Shown: positions 44,825-54,298 of the stretch, one piece after another
Layout: the number at the start of each line of letters is the position of its first letter
Position numbering within the stretch: the first letter of the stretch is position 1
Virus record (IMG/VR): IMGVR_UViG_2531839420_000002
Span: 3,685 to 67,684 of that record
Source: a virus
Strand: one strand, 5' to 3'
DNA length: 64,000 nucleotides
Position numbers and translations under genes: made by a program
Notes under the pieces: model-generated
What the model saw: the letters and a program-made list of their open reading frames with translations, nothing else
What the model was told of the DNA's origin: nothing
The model's database searches: none

Positions 44825-47800
44825 AGCCAAGGTAAACTGCCTCATCGTTTACAACCCCCTCGATGTCAGCCAGCGCTCGCGCTGCGAGATTGTCTGGGGC
44901 CTGAACCGGACGCTGGCCGACTATTTGGATGGCCTGCCCGAGGGGATCGAGTGGGGCGTCTGTGTCAACGCGGACGCGATCGAGCGCGAGCGCTGGGGAA
45001 GCATCTATCTCGCACCCGATGACTGGATCACGCTGATGCCGGTCCCCGAGGGCGGCGGAGGGGGGGGTGGGAAAACTGTAATGCGTCTTGTGGCAATGAT
45101 TGCTGTTGCGGTCGTTGCCTGGCAGGCGGCTCCATATCTCGCTTCAATGATCCCTGGGGCAGTGGCCGCTGGCCCTACGATTACCGGCGCCGCCGGCTAC
45201 ATGACGACGATGGGGAGCATTGCCTCTTCTGTAATCGGCGGCGCGATTACAGTTGTCGGTGGCATGCTGGTCAACGCTCTGATGCCAGCACCCAGGGCCA
45301 AGACTGCCGACGCGTCGTGGAACTCATCCTCGGGCGGAACCGATAGCCCCTCTTATGGCATCGACGGTGCCAAAAACACAGCGAATGAGGGCGTTCCGGT
45401 GCCGGTCCCCTATGGCGCGTTCCGCATCGGCGGCAACATCGTCAATTTCAAAACCGTCAATGACGACAACACCCAGATCATTTACATGATGACCGCTCTG
45501 GGTGAGGGCGAGATTGAGAGTGTCTCGGACATCGAGATCAACGAACAGCCTCTTTCGAACTACAGCGACGTGGAGGTGATCACTCGTCTGGGCGTCAACA
45601 ACCAGGAAATAATCCCCTGGTTCGATGACACCCTGGCCTCCTACAACCGCGGCGTCAAGATCACCCGCAACTGGACCAAGCACAAGACCGTCGGCGAAGT
45701 TGACAGGTTCCGCGTTGACGTTGTGTTCCCTTATGGCCTGTGTGGGACGGATACCGCCAGCGGCGGTCGCGTGACGATCTCTGTCCCGGTCGAGATCCAG
45801 TATCGTAAGGTGGGCAGCGCCGTCTGGAGCACTCTAGGCGTCTACGACATCGGCGCTGCCCAGCGCACCGCCCTGCGCAGGAGCTTCGAGTCGCCGCTGC
45901 TCGAACAGGGGCAGTATGAAATCTGGGTGCGCCGCAACACTGACGATAGCGACTCCGATACTATTCAGGATGACGTTAATCTGTCTGATGTGTGGGAAAT
46001 CGTTACTGACGATGTTTGCTATAATCACTCAGCGATCTTGGCACTTAAGATAAAGCTGACGGATCAGCTTTCCGGGGTGCCCAAGGTCACGGCGTTGGTA
46101 AAGGGGCGGAAGCTCAACATCTTTGATCGTCGCGGCGATCTCGTTTCAACCGTCTTCAGCGCGAACCCGGCGTGGATCGCGATCGACATCCTGACGCACC
46201 AGCGCTACGGCGGAGGGATGGGGCTCTCTCGGATCGATTTCCCCCGCTGGGTCGATCTGGCTGATTACTGCGCCGAAAAGGGCTTGGAGTTTAACGGCGT
46301 CTTCGACTTTAACACCAACGTCTGGGAGGCGCTCCAGAACGTCCTACGCGTCGGGCACGCCCAGATCATCAATGTCGGCACCCGCTATTCCGTGGCGATC
46401 GAACGCCCCGACGATCCTGTGATGATGTTCGGTGTCGGCGACATTATCGCCGACACCTTCAACATCGAATGGCTGGCGCTCGAGGACCGGGCGAACGAAA
46501 TCGAGGTCGCCTACTACGATCGCGACGATGGCCACAAGCGGCGCACTATCAAGGTGGCCGACGAGGAGGCCCTGGACCGCGGCGTCCCCCAGCGTTCCGC
46601 GAGCGTCGCTCTTCTCGGCGTGACCAGCGTCGATCAGGCATACAAGGAAGGCTGGCTTCAGCTTGCGCTGAACAAATACATCCTCCAAACCGTCTCCTTT
46701 GACGCTCCGCTGAGCGCCATCGCCTGCACCGTCGGCGACCTGGTGTTTGTGCAGCACGACATGCCGAAGTGGGGCGACGCTGGCAAGGTCGAGGCCGGCT
46801 GCACGTCTAGCTTGATCAAGCTAGACCGCCCAGTCACGATGGTCGCCGGGCGGCAATATAAGTGCCTGATCCACTTTGATGCCCTGAAGCGCTACACCGG
46901 CATCGTGCATCACATTGTCGGCACTTCGGTTTTCGTGTCCGGGATCGACGACGCCACCTTGAAGCACTGCCGGCGGTTCGTCAGCAATGGGCATGATATC
47001 GCCGTTCTAGGGTTGGTGAAGCAGAACCCCTATGTCGAGGTTATCCTCGACACCACGAGCGGGTTGGCCACCGGCGCGTCGTTCGAGCTGTGGGATACCG
47101 ACGTTCTCGAGGATCGCTCGGTCGTCGGCGCCGCCGCAAGCGGGGAGGTGACAGAGATCACCCTCGCCACGCCGCTGAGCCAGGCGCCAGCCCAGTTCGC
47201 CAACTGGATGTTCGGCGAGAACACCAAGATCAAGAAGCCATTCCGCGTGCTTTTGATCGCCGGCCAGGGCGAATACACGCGGACACTGAGCTGCCTCGAA
47301 TACAACGAGTCGGTCTACCAGGACCCCGAGCACGCCACGCCGACGCCGAACTATTCAGCGCTGCGCGGGGGCATCGGGCACGTTCTCGACCTAGCTGCCG
47401 TCGAGGAGCTTTATCAGGTCGGCAGTGCCGTCAGGACGCGCCTGAACATTGGCTGGACACAGCCGTTGACCGGGCTCTATGGCGGTGCCGACATCTACCT
47501 GTCGATCAACAATGGCGAATATCGCCTGATCGACAGCGTGGTCGGCACGGTCTATTCGATGGATGTCACCGACGGCGATCGGATGTCGTTCGTCGTGGTG
47601 GCCAAGGATGCGCTTGGCGTGCGCGCCGAGCGCATCACGGCCCCGAGTGTCTGGCATCTGGTGCTCGGAAAGACCACCCCGCCGGCGGACGTGACCAACT
47701 TCTCCGTTCGGAAGGTGCCGGGCGGCATCGAGTTCACCTGGAGCCCGATCCCCGACATCGACCTTCGGGGATATGAGATCCGCGAGGGCCTGTCCTGGGA

Positions 47801-49037
47801 TGATGGCGTCGTGATCATGCACGACTTCATGGGAACCCAGTTCACCGCCGCGAAGGCGGCCGCCGGCGCCTTCGCCTGGCACATTCGGGCGAAGGACACC
47901 AACGGGAACTACTCGAACGGCGTCGCCACCTGCCGTCTCAACGTGCCAGCACCGAGGTCGGTGCGCGGCTTCAACGTGGTCAAGAACATCGACACCCTTC
48001 ATTTCGTGTGGCTGCCGAACAGCGAGGTGGACATCAGCCACTATGAGATCCGCGAGGGCGCGACGTGGGCTTCCGGCATCGTCATCGGCCGCATTCAGGG
48101 CGCCCAGCACACGGTCCCGGCGGCGACCGGCGGAAATCGTTCGTTCTGGATCAAGGCGGTGGATAGCGCTGGCATCTACAGTGATCAGGCTGCGTTCACG
48201 ATGACCACGGTGGCGATCAGTGATGACCACAATCTGATCCTGGCCAAGAATGAGTCGGCTAACAGCTACCCCGGCACCAGGCTGAACATGGACACGAACG
48301 GTAGCGATCTCGTCATGAGCGTTGGTGCTCAGCACGGCGAATATATCCACAAGATCGAGTTGGCGACGCAGAATACCGGGCGGGTGATCATCAACGACGC
48401 TTTCGACGCTATCATTGTGGATGGGAAGACCTGGGGCGACGCCGGGTTTAATTGGGCAAGCGCGGACTCGAACGTGCCGTGGATCAGACCGGGCATCCTC
48501 GACACCATCTCGATCGAGCGGCAGATCGCCATCTGGAGCGGGTTGCAGGCGGGCGAGATCGAAGCGTGGTCGATGAACGGGATGGTTGTCGGCATGAAGG
48601 GGACAGCCGCCGTGACGAACTCGAAGATCACCTTCGAGCAGGGTCGCTTCAACCAGGGCGCCCTGATCGGGGATACCTCGGCTCTGAAATACGACTACAC
48701 GGTGCCGGACGCCTTCAACATGACGTTCTGGATGAAGCCGAAGCAGACCAGCGTGGGCAATAGCTTCCGCGTCGTCACCCTGTCGAAGACGGCAGGCTAC
48801 ATGCGTCTGGAGTATGACGATCAGCTCCGGTGCTTTGTGCTGGACTGCTCTGACGGGGTTCTGCTGCGCACAGATGCCCTTGATTTCGGGCCGGGGGACT
48901 TCCTGTTGTTCGCCCTTGTTCAGACCCCCGCGGCCCGCAGAGTGCATGTCGGGCGGGCGCGGGGGAGGGCAATCGTTACCGGGTCGGTAACGAAGCCGGC
49001 GATCACCGGGTTCGACACGATCCAGTTCGCCGCGTAG
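44775..49037 (+). CDS. Tail tip / host-specificity protein J-like, with N-terminal gpI-like segment, FN3 repeats and C-terminal LamG-like domain
   Basis: PVPYG..GGN..GEGEIE..NPAW..DIL; repeated PPADV.NF..W..YEIREG..W; C-terminal F...WMKP. Confidence 0.92.
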   Translation: MSETKQIQPLYALANPEAKVNCLIVYNPLDVSQRSRCEIVWGLNRTLADYLDGLPEGIEWGVCVNADAIERERWGSIYLAPDDWITLMPVPEGGGGGGGKTVMRLVAMIAVAVVAWQAAPYLASMIPGAVAAGPTITGAAGYMTTMGSIASSVIGGAITVVGGMLVNALMPAPRAKTADASWNSSSGGTDSPSYGIDGAKNTANEGVPVPVPYGAFRIGGNIVNFKTVNDDNTQIIYMMTALGEGEIESVSDIEINEQPLSNYSDVEVITRLGVNNQEIIPWFDDTLASYNRGVKITRNWTKHKTVGEVDRFRVDVVFPYGLCGTDTASGGRVTISVPVEIQYRKVGSAVWSTLGVYDIGAAQRTALRRSFESPLLEQGQYEIWVRRNTDDSDSDTIQDDVNLSDVWEIVTDDVCYNHSAILALKIKLTDQLSGVPKVTALVKGRKLNIFDRRGDLVSTVFSANPAWIAIDILTHQRYGGGMGLSRIDFPRWVDLADYCAEKGLEFNGVFDFNTNVWEALQNVLRVGHAQIINVGTRYSVAIERPDDPVMMFGVGDIIADTFNIEWLALEDRANEIEVAYYDRDDGHKRRTIKVADEEALDRGVPQRSASVALLGVTSVDQAYKEGWLQLALNKYILQTVSFDAPLSAIACTVGDLVFVQHDMPKWGDAGKVEAGCTSSLIKLDRPVTMVAGRQYKCLIHFDALKRYTGIVHHIVGTSVFVSGIDDATLKHCRRFVSNGHDIAVLGLVKQNPYVEVILDTTSGLATGASFELWDTDVLEDRSVVGAAASGEVTEITLATPLSQAPAQFANWMFGENTKIKKPFRVLLIAGQGEYTRTLSCLEYNESVYQDPEHATPTPNYSALRGGIGHVLDLAAVEELYQVGSAVRTRLNIGWTQPLTGLYGGADIYLSINNGEYRLIDSVVGTVYSMDVTDGDRMSFVVVAKDALGVRAERITAPSVWHLVLGKTTPPADVTNFSVRKVPGGIEFTWSPIPDIDLRGYEIREGLSWDDGVVIMHDFMGTQFTAAKAAAGAFAWHIRAKDTNGNYSNGVATCRLNVPAPRSVRGFNVVKNIDTLHFVWLPNSEVDISHYEIREGATWASGIVIGRIQGAQHTVPAATGGNRSFWIKAVDSAGIYSDQAAFTMTTVAISDDHNLILAKNESANSYPGTRLNMDTNGSDLVMSVGAQHGEYIHKIELATQNTGRVIINDAFDAIIVDGKTWGDAGFNWASADSNVPWIRPGILDTISIERQIAIWSGLQAGEIEAWSMNGMVVGMKGTAAVTNSKITFEQGRFNQGALIGDTSALKYDYTVPDAFNMTFWMKPKQTSVGNSFRVVTLSKTAGYMRLEYDDQLRCFVLDCSDGVLLRTDALDFGPGDFLLFALVQTPAARRVHVGRARGRAIVTGSVTKPAITGFDTIQFAA

Positions 49038-49116
49038 GTTGTAAAGTCAGCGCTGACTTGCTAACACCCCTTCGATAGCGCATAATAGGGGGCAGCGCTG
49101 ACTTGCCAAGGAGACA

Positions 49117-49563
49117 TTGATGAACGACACCCTGAAGATGCACGGCGCGATGGAAGCTGTGCTCGTCCGCGCCAACGGCGATGTGGAAGTGATCCGCAAG
49201 GACAACATCATCGTGGATGTGGGCTTCGATTTCATCGCCGACGCCATCGGGAAGGTCGCCAGCCGCCCGAACGTGATGGGCTACATCGCCGTCGGGACCG
49301 GCTCGACCGCGCCCGCCACCTCTCAGACCGCCCTGGTTACGGAGCTGGCCCGCGCCGCCGCCACCTATTCCCACACGACCGGCACCAAGACCTTCACCTT
49401 CACCACCACTTTCGCCGCCGGCACCGCTACCGGCGCCATTCAGGAGGCTGGAGTGTTCAATGCGTCCTCGTCCGGCATCATATTTGATCGCGTGACCTTC
49501 TCGGTGGTCAACAAGGGCGCGGACGACAGTCTGACCATCACCTTCACCTTCACCATGTCGTAA
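49117..49563 (+). CDS. Tail fibre base / fibre-associated protein
   Basis: KDNIIVDVG..IAVGTGST..T.L..E..EAGVFNA..R..F.VVNK pattern. Confidence 0.75.
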   Translation: MMNDTLKMHGAMEAVLVRANGDVEVIRKDNIIVDVGFDFIADAIGKVASRPNVMGYIAVGTGSTAPATSQTALVTELARAAATYSHTTGTKTFTFTTTFAAGTATGAIQEAGVFNASSSGIIFDRVTFSVVNKGADDSLTITFTFTMS

Positions 49564-49596
49564 TCGTCAAGTCCGCGCTGACTTGAAAGGATAGAC

Positions 49597-51144
49597 ATGA
49601 CGACGACCGAAAAGACGCTCGGCGCCAGCTATACTTGGTCCTCCGCAGATTTCGACTACAATGATCTGCGGAGTTCGACCAAGACCTGGGCCGAAGCAGC
49701 GGCGTGGAACAGCAGCGTGACCGAGACGCAAGCGTTCGCTATTGCGGAGCTTGGTTCCCGTGGCGTCACGAAGCCATTCTATCGCTCGCTTTCGGTCGTC
49801 GATGCTTTAAATCGGCTGACCGCCTTCGATCGCAAGTTCAGCGAAGCCTTCACCACGGCCTCTGCGGTGGCGAAGGCTTTTGGACTTGCGATCTCGCAGG
49901 TTCTTGCTGTCGCCGAGATTGCCGCTAAGACGCCGCTGAAGCCGTTCGTCGAAACCTTCGGCGTGGTCGTTAGCTACTGGAAAAGCATCGGCGTGAACCC
50001 GATCGAGATGATCCGGGTGGCGGACTCTATCGCCATGCTGCGGGTCTATTCCCGCGTCTTCGACGAGACATTGGCACTGGCCGAACTCGGCTCTCGCGGC
50101 GTCACCCGGCCCATTCGGGAGGCTTTTCGCGTCGTTGATCAGGCGCCGGCCAAGAGCTTCTCGAAGGTCAATCTGGAAACACTCGGGTTCGCCGAAACCT
50201 ACACCGACATTATTGCCTTCATCGTGAAGGTGATTGAGTCAATTACCATCTCGGAGACACCTGGGAAGACCTGGAGTCATCCCGTAACCGAGAGTTTTGG
50301 CGTCTCCGACACAAAGGTTACCAAGATAGCCGGTCTGGTAAAAAACGAGACCCTGACTGTCGCTGAGGCATTCAGGTCACTGAAGACGTTCTATAGGGCG
50401 CTGCTGGAGAATTTAGGCGTCACAGACGCGCGCTCCAGCGGCGTCTACAAGCCGATCCACGAGACGATCGAGGTGGGCGAGGGTGTTGGCAAGAGCGCCG
50501 CCCTGTCGAAGGCCGAAGCGCTGGCAATTGCCGATTTGGCGACGCGAGCGTCGGTGTTTCAGCGTGAGTTTCAGCGCACCTTCAGCGTGTCGGAGGCTGT
50601 CAGGAAGACGGCAAGCCTTCGCTTCAGCGAGGTTTGGCGGATCTACGATCGTCTGGTGCGAAACGCAAACGCAGTTCTGTCCGACGTGAAGATGACCAAC
50701 GCGGCTGACATCTCAGTGGATGACTTCGACGATTTGCTGGATCGTCTGGCCCCGCCTGGCTACCAGAGCTTCAACACGTTCGTCGCTGGCGACTACACCT
50801 TCCAGAAGGCATTGGTGCGGCACGTTCTGCGCACCGAGTCGAGCGATCGGCCGCGGATCACGACGCTGAGAACAACGGTTGATCTGCCCGACGTGTTCGA
50901 TCGCGGCGAACTGTGGCTGAATGCCGTCGAAACCACCATTCCGTTCAATCGGGTGTTTAATGCGCTGCCCGAGGTCACAGTATCGCTGAAGGCGGGGATC
51001 GCCGGCGACCCTACGGCTGGGATCACCGAATTCGCCGTCCCCAGAATTACCGAGATCGGGATCGGCTACTTCAAGGTCAAGCTGATGACAAGCGCCGGGA
51101 CGCTGACGCCTGGGCGGGTCTCCTGGGCCGCTCACGGCTATTGA
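49597..51144 (+). CDS. Repeat-containing tail structural protein
   Basis: Internal repeats (AELGSRGVTKP / AELGSRGVTRP; E.L.V.E/D units); C-terminal F..PF..PEV.V..I.E..F.V..W.A.GY. Confidence 0.7.
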   Translation: MTTTEKTLGASYTWSSADFDYNDLRSSTKTWAEAAAWNSSVTETQAFAIAELGSRGVTKPFYRSLSVVDALNRLTAFDRKFSEAFTTASAVAKAFGLAISQVLAVAEIAAKTPLKPFVETFGVVVSYWKSIGVNPIEMIRVADSIAMLRVYSRVFDETLALAELGSRGVTRPIREAFRVVDQAPAKSFSKVNLETLGFAETYTDIIAFIVKVIESITISETPGKTWSHPVTESFGVSDTKVTKIAGLVKNETLTVAEAFRSLKTFYRALLENLGVTDARSSGVYKPIHETIEVGEGVGKSAALSKAEALAIADLATRASVFQREFQRTFSVSEAVRKTASLRFSEVWRIYDRLVRNANAVLSDVKMTNAADISVDDFDDLLDRLAPPGYQSFNTFVAGDYTFQKALVRHVLRTESSDRPRITTLRTTVDLPDVFDRGELWLNAVETTIPFNRVFNALPEVTVSLKAGIAGDPTAGITEFAVPRITEIGIGYFKVKLMTSAGTLTPGRVSWAAHGY

Positions 51145-51149
51145 CGGGT

Positions 51150-51195
51150 TTGTCTTGACCTCCTCGCGAGGCTATAATAAAGTCAACGCTGAGTT
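51150..51195 (+). promoter_or_regulatory. Sigma70 promoter with operator immediately after -10, upstream of the fibre-partner-rSAM genes
   Basis: TTGTCT-N17-TATAAT, then AAGTCAACGCTGAGTT. Confidence 0.6.
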
Positions 51196-51207
51196 TAAAG
51201 GTGGGCC

Positions 51208-52170
51208 ATGCAGAGCTATACCGAGATCACCGACACCATGACACTGACGGCCTCCAGGCCCCTGCTGCTAAACAACGACAAGTCGATTATGTCGTGCTTC
51301 AGCGGCACCGCGTTCCCGACGATCAATCTTCAGGTCGGTATGCTGTGCCTGCGCACCGACACCTGGCAGCTCTGGCAGCTCAAAGACGCGACGCCGACCT
51401 GGGTGCTGATCGCTGACATTTCGAAAACCTATCTTTCTAAGGAGACGGCCGACACCTATTACGCCGCTCTTGCGCACAATCACAATTCGACCTACGCCGC
51501 TCTTGTGCACAATCACGATGGCGGCGCTATCACCGCCGGCACGGTGGCTTCTGCGCGCTTGCCGGCGCCGCTTCAGCAAATCACTGCCGCTGTAAATTGG
51601 GGGGCGGTGACTATCGGCGGCGTGAATGGCGGTTGGGCTGGGATCAATTTTTCCGGCACGGGAATGTATTTCCTCGTGGGTGGGGACTCTCACGGTTTTT
51701 GGACAGGCTCCGCTTGGAAATGGCATGTCAATAATGGCGTGCTGAGCGTAGGCGTCGTTCCCGTCGCCAATGTTTCCGGTCTGGGCAGTGCCGCCACCTG
51801 CAACACGGGGACAGCCGTCGGAAACGTGCCTGCGGTGCAGGCTGATGGAAAACTGCCTGCTTCCGTGATCCCGGTGGATCTGTCGAGTCGCGTCGCCAAA
51901 TCAGGCGACACCATGACTGGTCAGCTCAATGGAACGGTTTTCAAGTCAACCGGGGCATCGTCTGCTTCGACTGGTTTCAAAATTAGCACTGGGGCGGATC
52001 TAGGAGCCTTGTTCAAAGACATTAATTACACCGCAGTTCAGACTGTTTCCATCTCCAATCCTGAGGGATGGTGCGGACAACCAACAAGCTTGTCTGTTTC
52101 CGGTGGTATTTCGGGGAACAATTTGAGTCTTGGGATTAATTGCAACTGCCTTTGCAATTGCGGAGGCTGA
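51208..52170 (+). CDS. Tail fibre protein with HxH repeats and C-terminal Cys-rich tail (NCNCLCNCGG)
   Basis: YAALAHNH/YAALVHNH 33-bp repeat; LGSAAT..G..GNVP and VAKSGDTMTG fibre motifs; terminal CNCLCNCGG. Confidence 0.82.
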   Translation: MQSYTEITDTMTLTASRPLLLNNDKSIMSCFSGTAFPTINLQVGMLCLRTDTWQLWQLKDATPTWVLIADISKTYLSKETADTYYAALAHNHNSTYAALVHNHDGGAITAGTVASARLPAPLQQITAAVNWGAVTIGGVNGGWAGINFSGTGMYFLVGGDSHGFWTGSAWKWHVNNGVLSVGVVPVANVSGLGSAATCNTGTAVGNVPAVQADGKLPASVIPVDLSSRVAKSGDTMTGQLNGTVFKSTGASSASTGFKISTGADLGALFKDINYTAVQTVSISNPEGWCGQPTSLSVSGGISGNNLSLGINCNCLCNCGG

Positions 52171-52171
52171 G

Positions 52172-52912
52172 ATGATTTTTTTCTGCAAAAATTCAGCGTC
52201 CAACGGTTTTCACGTTGCCGTTTCAAATCTGGATGACGGTATCCGGGTCGAGCTTCATCTTCCTGATGAAGGTGGAAAATTAAACCGTGTTGCCGCAAGG
52301 GATTTTCATTACGAAGATTGGCGAAATCTTCGCGGTTGGTCTGACCGTGCCTCGTGGATGATCACCTCGGATTGCGTTATGAACGGAGCGACGCCGTTTA
52401 ATCTTTATGAGAGATCCTGGCCCTTTCGCACGAGCGCGGTGGAAACCACGTCAACGATTTCGTGCTTTACCCCGGTTGTCTCTGTTCTTGTGCCGACGGC
52501 AACGGCGCCCGTGAGTCGCTGGTCGTATATTGTTTTCGCCGCAGATCGAAGCAAAGTTGTCGGCAGCTTTCCGATTGACGAAGAGGCGTCTTCTGGCGAC
52601 GAGGTGAGGGAGCGAGTTTCCCCTAAGCTGGTATTTGAAAATTTCCCTGACGCGCTGCCGAGTAATGGCTTTGTCGATCTCTCGCTCAAATTGGTCGATT
52701 TTGCCGATAAGCCTGTTGAACTGGACGCAACGGCCGAAGTGTCGGCGACTGGAGGCGTTTTGTCGTGCTCGAGACCTCAGATCAAGAGCGGGCGCGGGAC
52801 TGTTCGATGGTTTGGCGCTTACACGAGTCCCGGTGACGTTCTGGATGTAAAGGTGGGGTTCAAGCTTTTTTCTGGAACCGACAAGCGGTCTCTGAAGGTG
52901 ATCGAGGGGTAG
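52172..52912 (+). CDS. Uncharacterised partner protein with C-terminal Ig-like beta-sandwich
   Basis: Starts 1 nt after the fibre stop; C-terminus LSLKLVD..V.ATGG.L..G.GTV..DVKVGF. Confidence 0.7.
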   Translation: MIFFCKNSASNGFHVAVSNLDDGIRVELHLPDEGGKLNRVAARDFHYEDWRNLRGWSDRASWMITSDCVMNGATPFNLYERSWPFRTSAVETTSTISCFTPVVSVLVPTATAPVSRWSYIVFAADRSKVVGSFPIDEEASSGDEVRERVSPKLVFENFPDALPSNGFVDLSLKLVDFADKPVELDATAEVSATGGVLSCSRPQIKSGRGTVRWFGAYTSPGDVLDVKVGFKLFSGTDKRSLKVIEG

Positions 52913-52914
52913 CG

Positions 52915-54207
52915 ATGGAGCCGATTTTTCACGAGGTAACGCTTCGGGATCGGGGTGGAAAAGATGAAGTTTTCCGTTTCGACAGCGCCAACATGCGTTT
53001 GCTTGATCAATTTGGCGTTCTGATCGAGCCAAAGATTGACGCTTCTCTTCCGACCTTCGGAAGTTGTGGATCGAAGCCTGCAAGGGTTATTTCTCCGACG
53101 GCTCCCGGACGAAAGAGTCGCGATCTTTCATATATCAAGCTGCTGCTTGGCTTTTCTTGCAACTTCAATTGCACCTATTGCAATCAGAGGTCTCAGACGC
53201 ATGATGGCGCAAGCACGGGTGATCCCGAGGCGTTCGTCGAGGGGATGTCCAAGTGGTGCTCGGGCGGGAGCGATGATCTAGGTTCTGGTCTTCGCATGAG
53301 CCTGTGGGGCGGTGAGCCATTCGTTTATTGGAGCGTTTTGAAAAAGATGGTTCCCGCGCTGCGGCGACGCTACCCGCATATCGCCCTGAGCATGGTGACG
53401 AATGGGTCGCTTCTGACCCAGGAGCGCGTGAACTTTGTGTGCGAAAACGACATCAATTTGATGATCAGCCATGATGGACCTGGCCATTATCTTCGAGGAG
53501 TTGATCCCTTAAAGGACTCCTCCATTGTGGAGCTGATTTGTCAGCTTCTTGATCGTCGTGGCAAGGAGAAGGTTGGCTTCAATTGTGTTTTGACCAGGGA
53601 GAATTGCTCCCTGTCGAGAATTCACGATCACATCGCTGAAGCTCTTGGTCGTGAAGATTTTGGGTTCTCGACGGAGGGTGTTGTTCAGACTGAGGACGAC
53701 GGTTCTTTTTCGGTTTCCCCATCGTCGAAGGAAAATTACGAGGATATTTATTTGACGCTGCTGAAAGATGCCATCGAAGGGGGCGCTCTCAAGGCTGGAA
53801 CCTACAACCTCGAATATATCGGTGCCCTGAGAGCCTTTTCGGAGCACCCGGAAATGAATGCGTGGGGTCAGCGCTGCGGTTTGGACCGGGATGACGTGTT
53901 GGCGGTTGATCTTGCTGGCAATGTTTTAACTTGTCAGAACGAGATTGATCCCTCAATGCGAATTGGCCACGTAAACAATCTCGACGCGGTGCGCTTGAAT
54001 ACCAGCTATCACTTTATGGCGCGCGAGAGTTGTGTTCGTTGTCCTGTAGTGCAGCTTTGCAAAGGCGGCTGTATGCATCAGACGGGAGTTGCTTGGGAAA
54101 CGACCTGTCGCAATCATTACCACTATCATCTTTCTGTTCTGGCCACGGCGATATTCTCCATGACGGGCAAGATTTTAGTAGGGATTTGCTCTGACGATAA
54201 GGCGTAA
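52915..54207 (+). CDS. Radical SAM/SPASM-domain protein (peptide/protein maturase type)
   Basis: CNFNCTYC (CxxxCxxC); WGGEPF; TNGSLL; ISHDG; SPASM C..D..G....C and CVRCPVVQLCKGGC..C. Confidence 0.93.
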   Translation: MEPIFHEVTLRDRGGKDEVFRFDSANMRLLDQFGVLIEPKIDASLPTFGSCGSKPARVISPTAPGRKSRDLSYIKLLLGFSCNFNCTYCNQRSQTHDGASTGDPEAFVEGMSKWCSGGSDDLGSGLRMSLWGGEPFVYWSVLKKMVPALRRRYPHIALSMVTNGSLLTQERVNFVCENDINLMISHDGPGHYLRGVDPLKDSSIVELICQLLDRRGKEKVGFNCVLTRENCSLSRIHDHIAEALGREDFGFSTEGVVQTEDDGSFSVSPSSKENYEDIYLTLLKDAIEGGALKAGTYNLEYIGALRAFSEHPEMNAWGQRCGLDRDDVLAVDLAGNVLTCQNEIDPSMRIGHVNNLDAVRLNTSYHFMARESCVRCPVVQLCKGGCMHQTGVAWETTCRNHYHYHLSVLATAIFSMTGKILVGICSDDKA

Positions 54208-54298
54208 AGTCAGCGTTGAATGATCGCTTTTAGCGTGAGATAATGAACGGGCCGCGGCGGTGCTCGCGGCCCGTTCACTCATTTGAGAGGAGACCGCA

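Noticed and set aside
2106-48947. Long antisense ORFs (e.g. 2106-3266, 3365-4339, 31158-32255, 32367-33671, 39195-40433, 41694-42560, 47391-48947)
   Set aside because: They lie opposite well-supported genes and are the usual shadow of high-GC codon bias; no RBS or family motifs
52915-54207. rSAM as NrdG activase, QueE, MoaA or an anaerobic sulfatase maturase
   Set aside because: Too long for NrdG or QueE, has a full SPASM domain, and no nrdD, que/fol, moa or sulfatase gene is in the window; the only Cys-rich neighbour is the fibre tail
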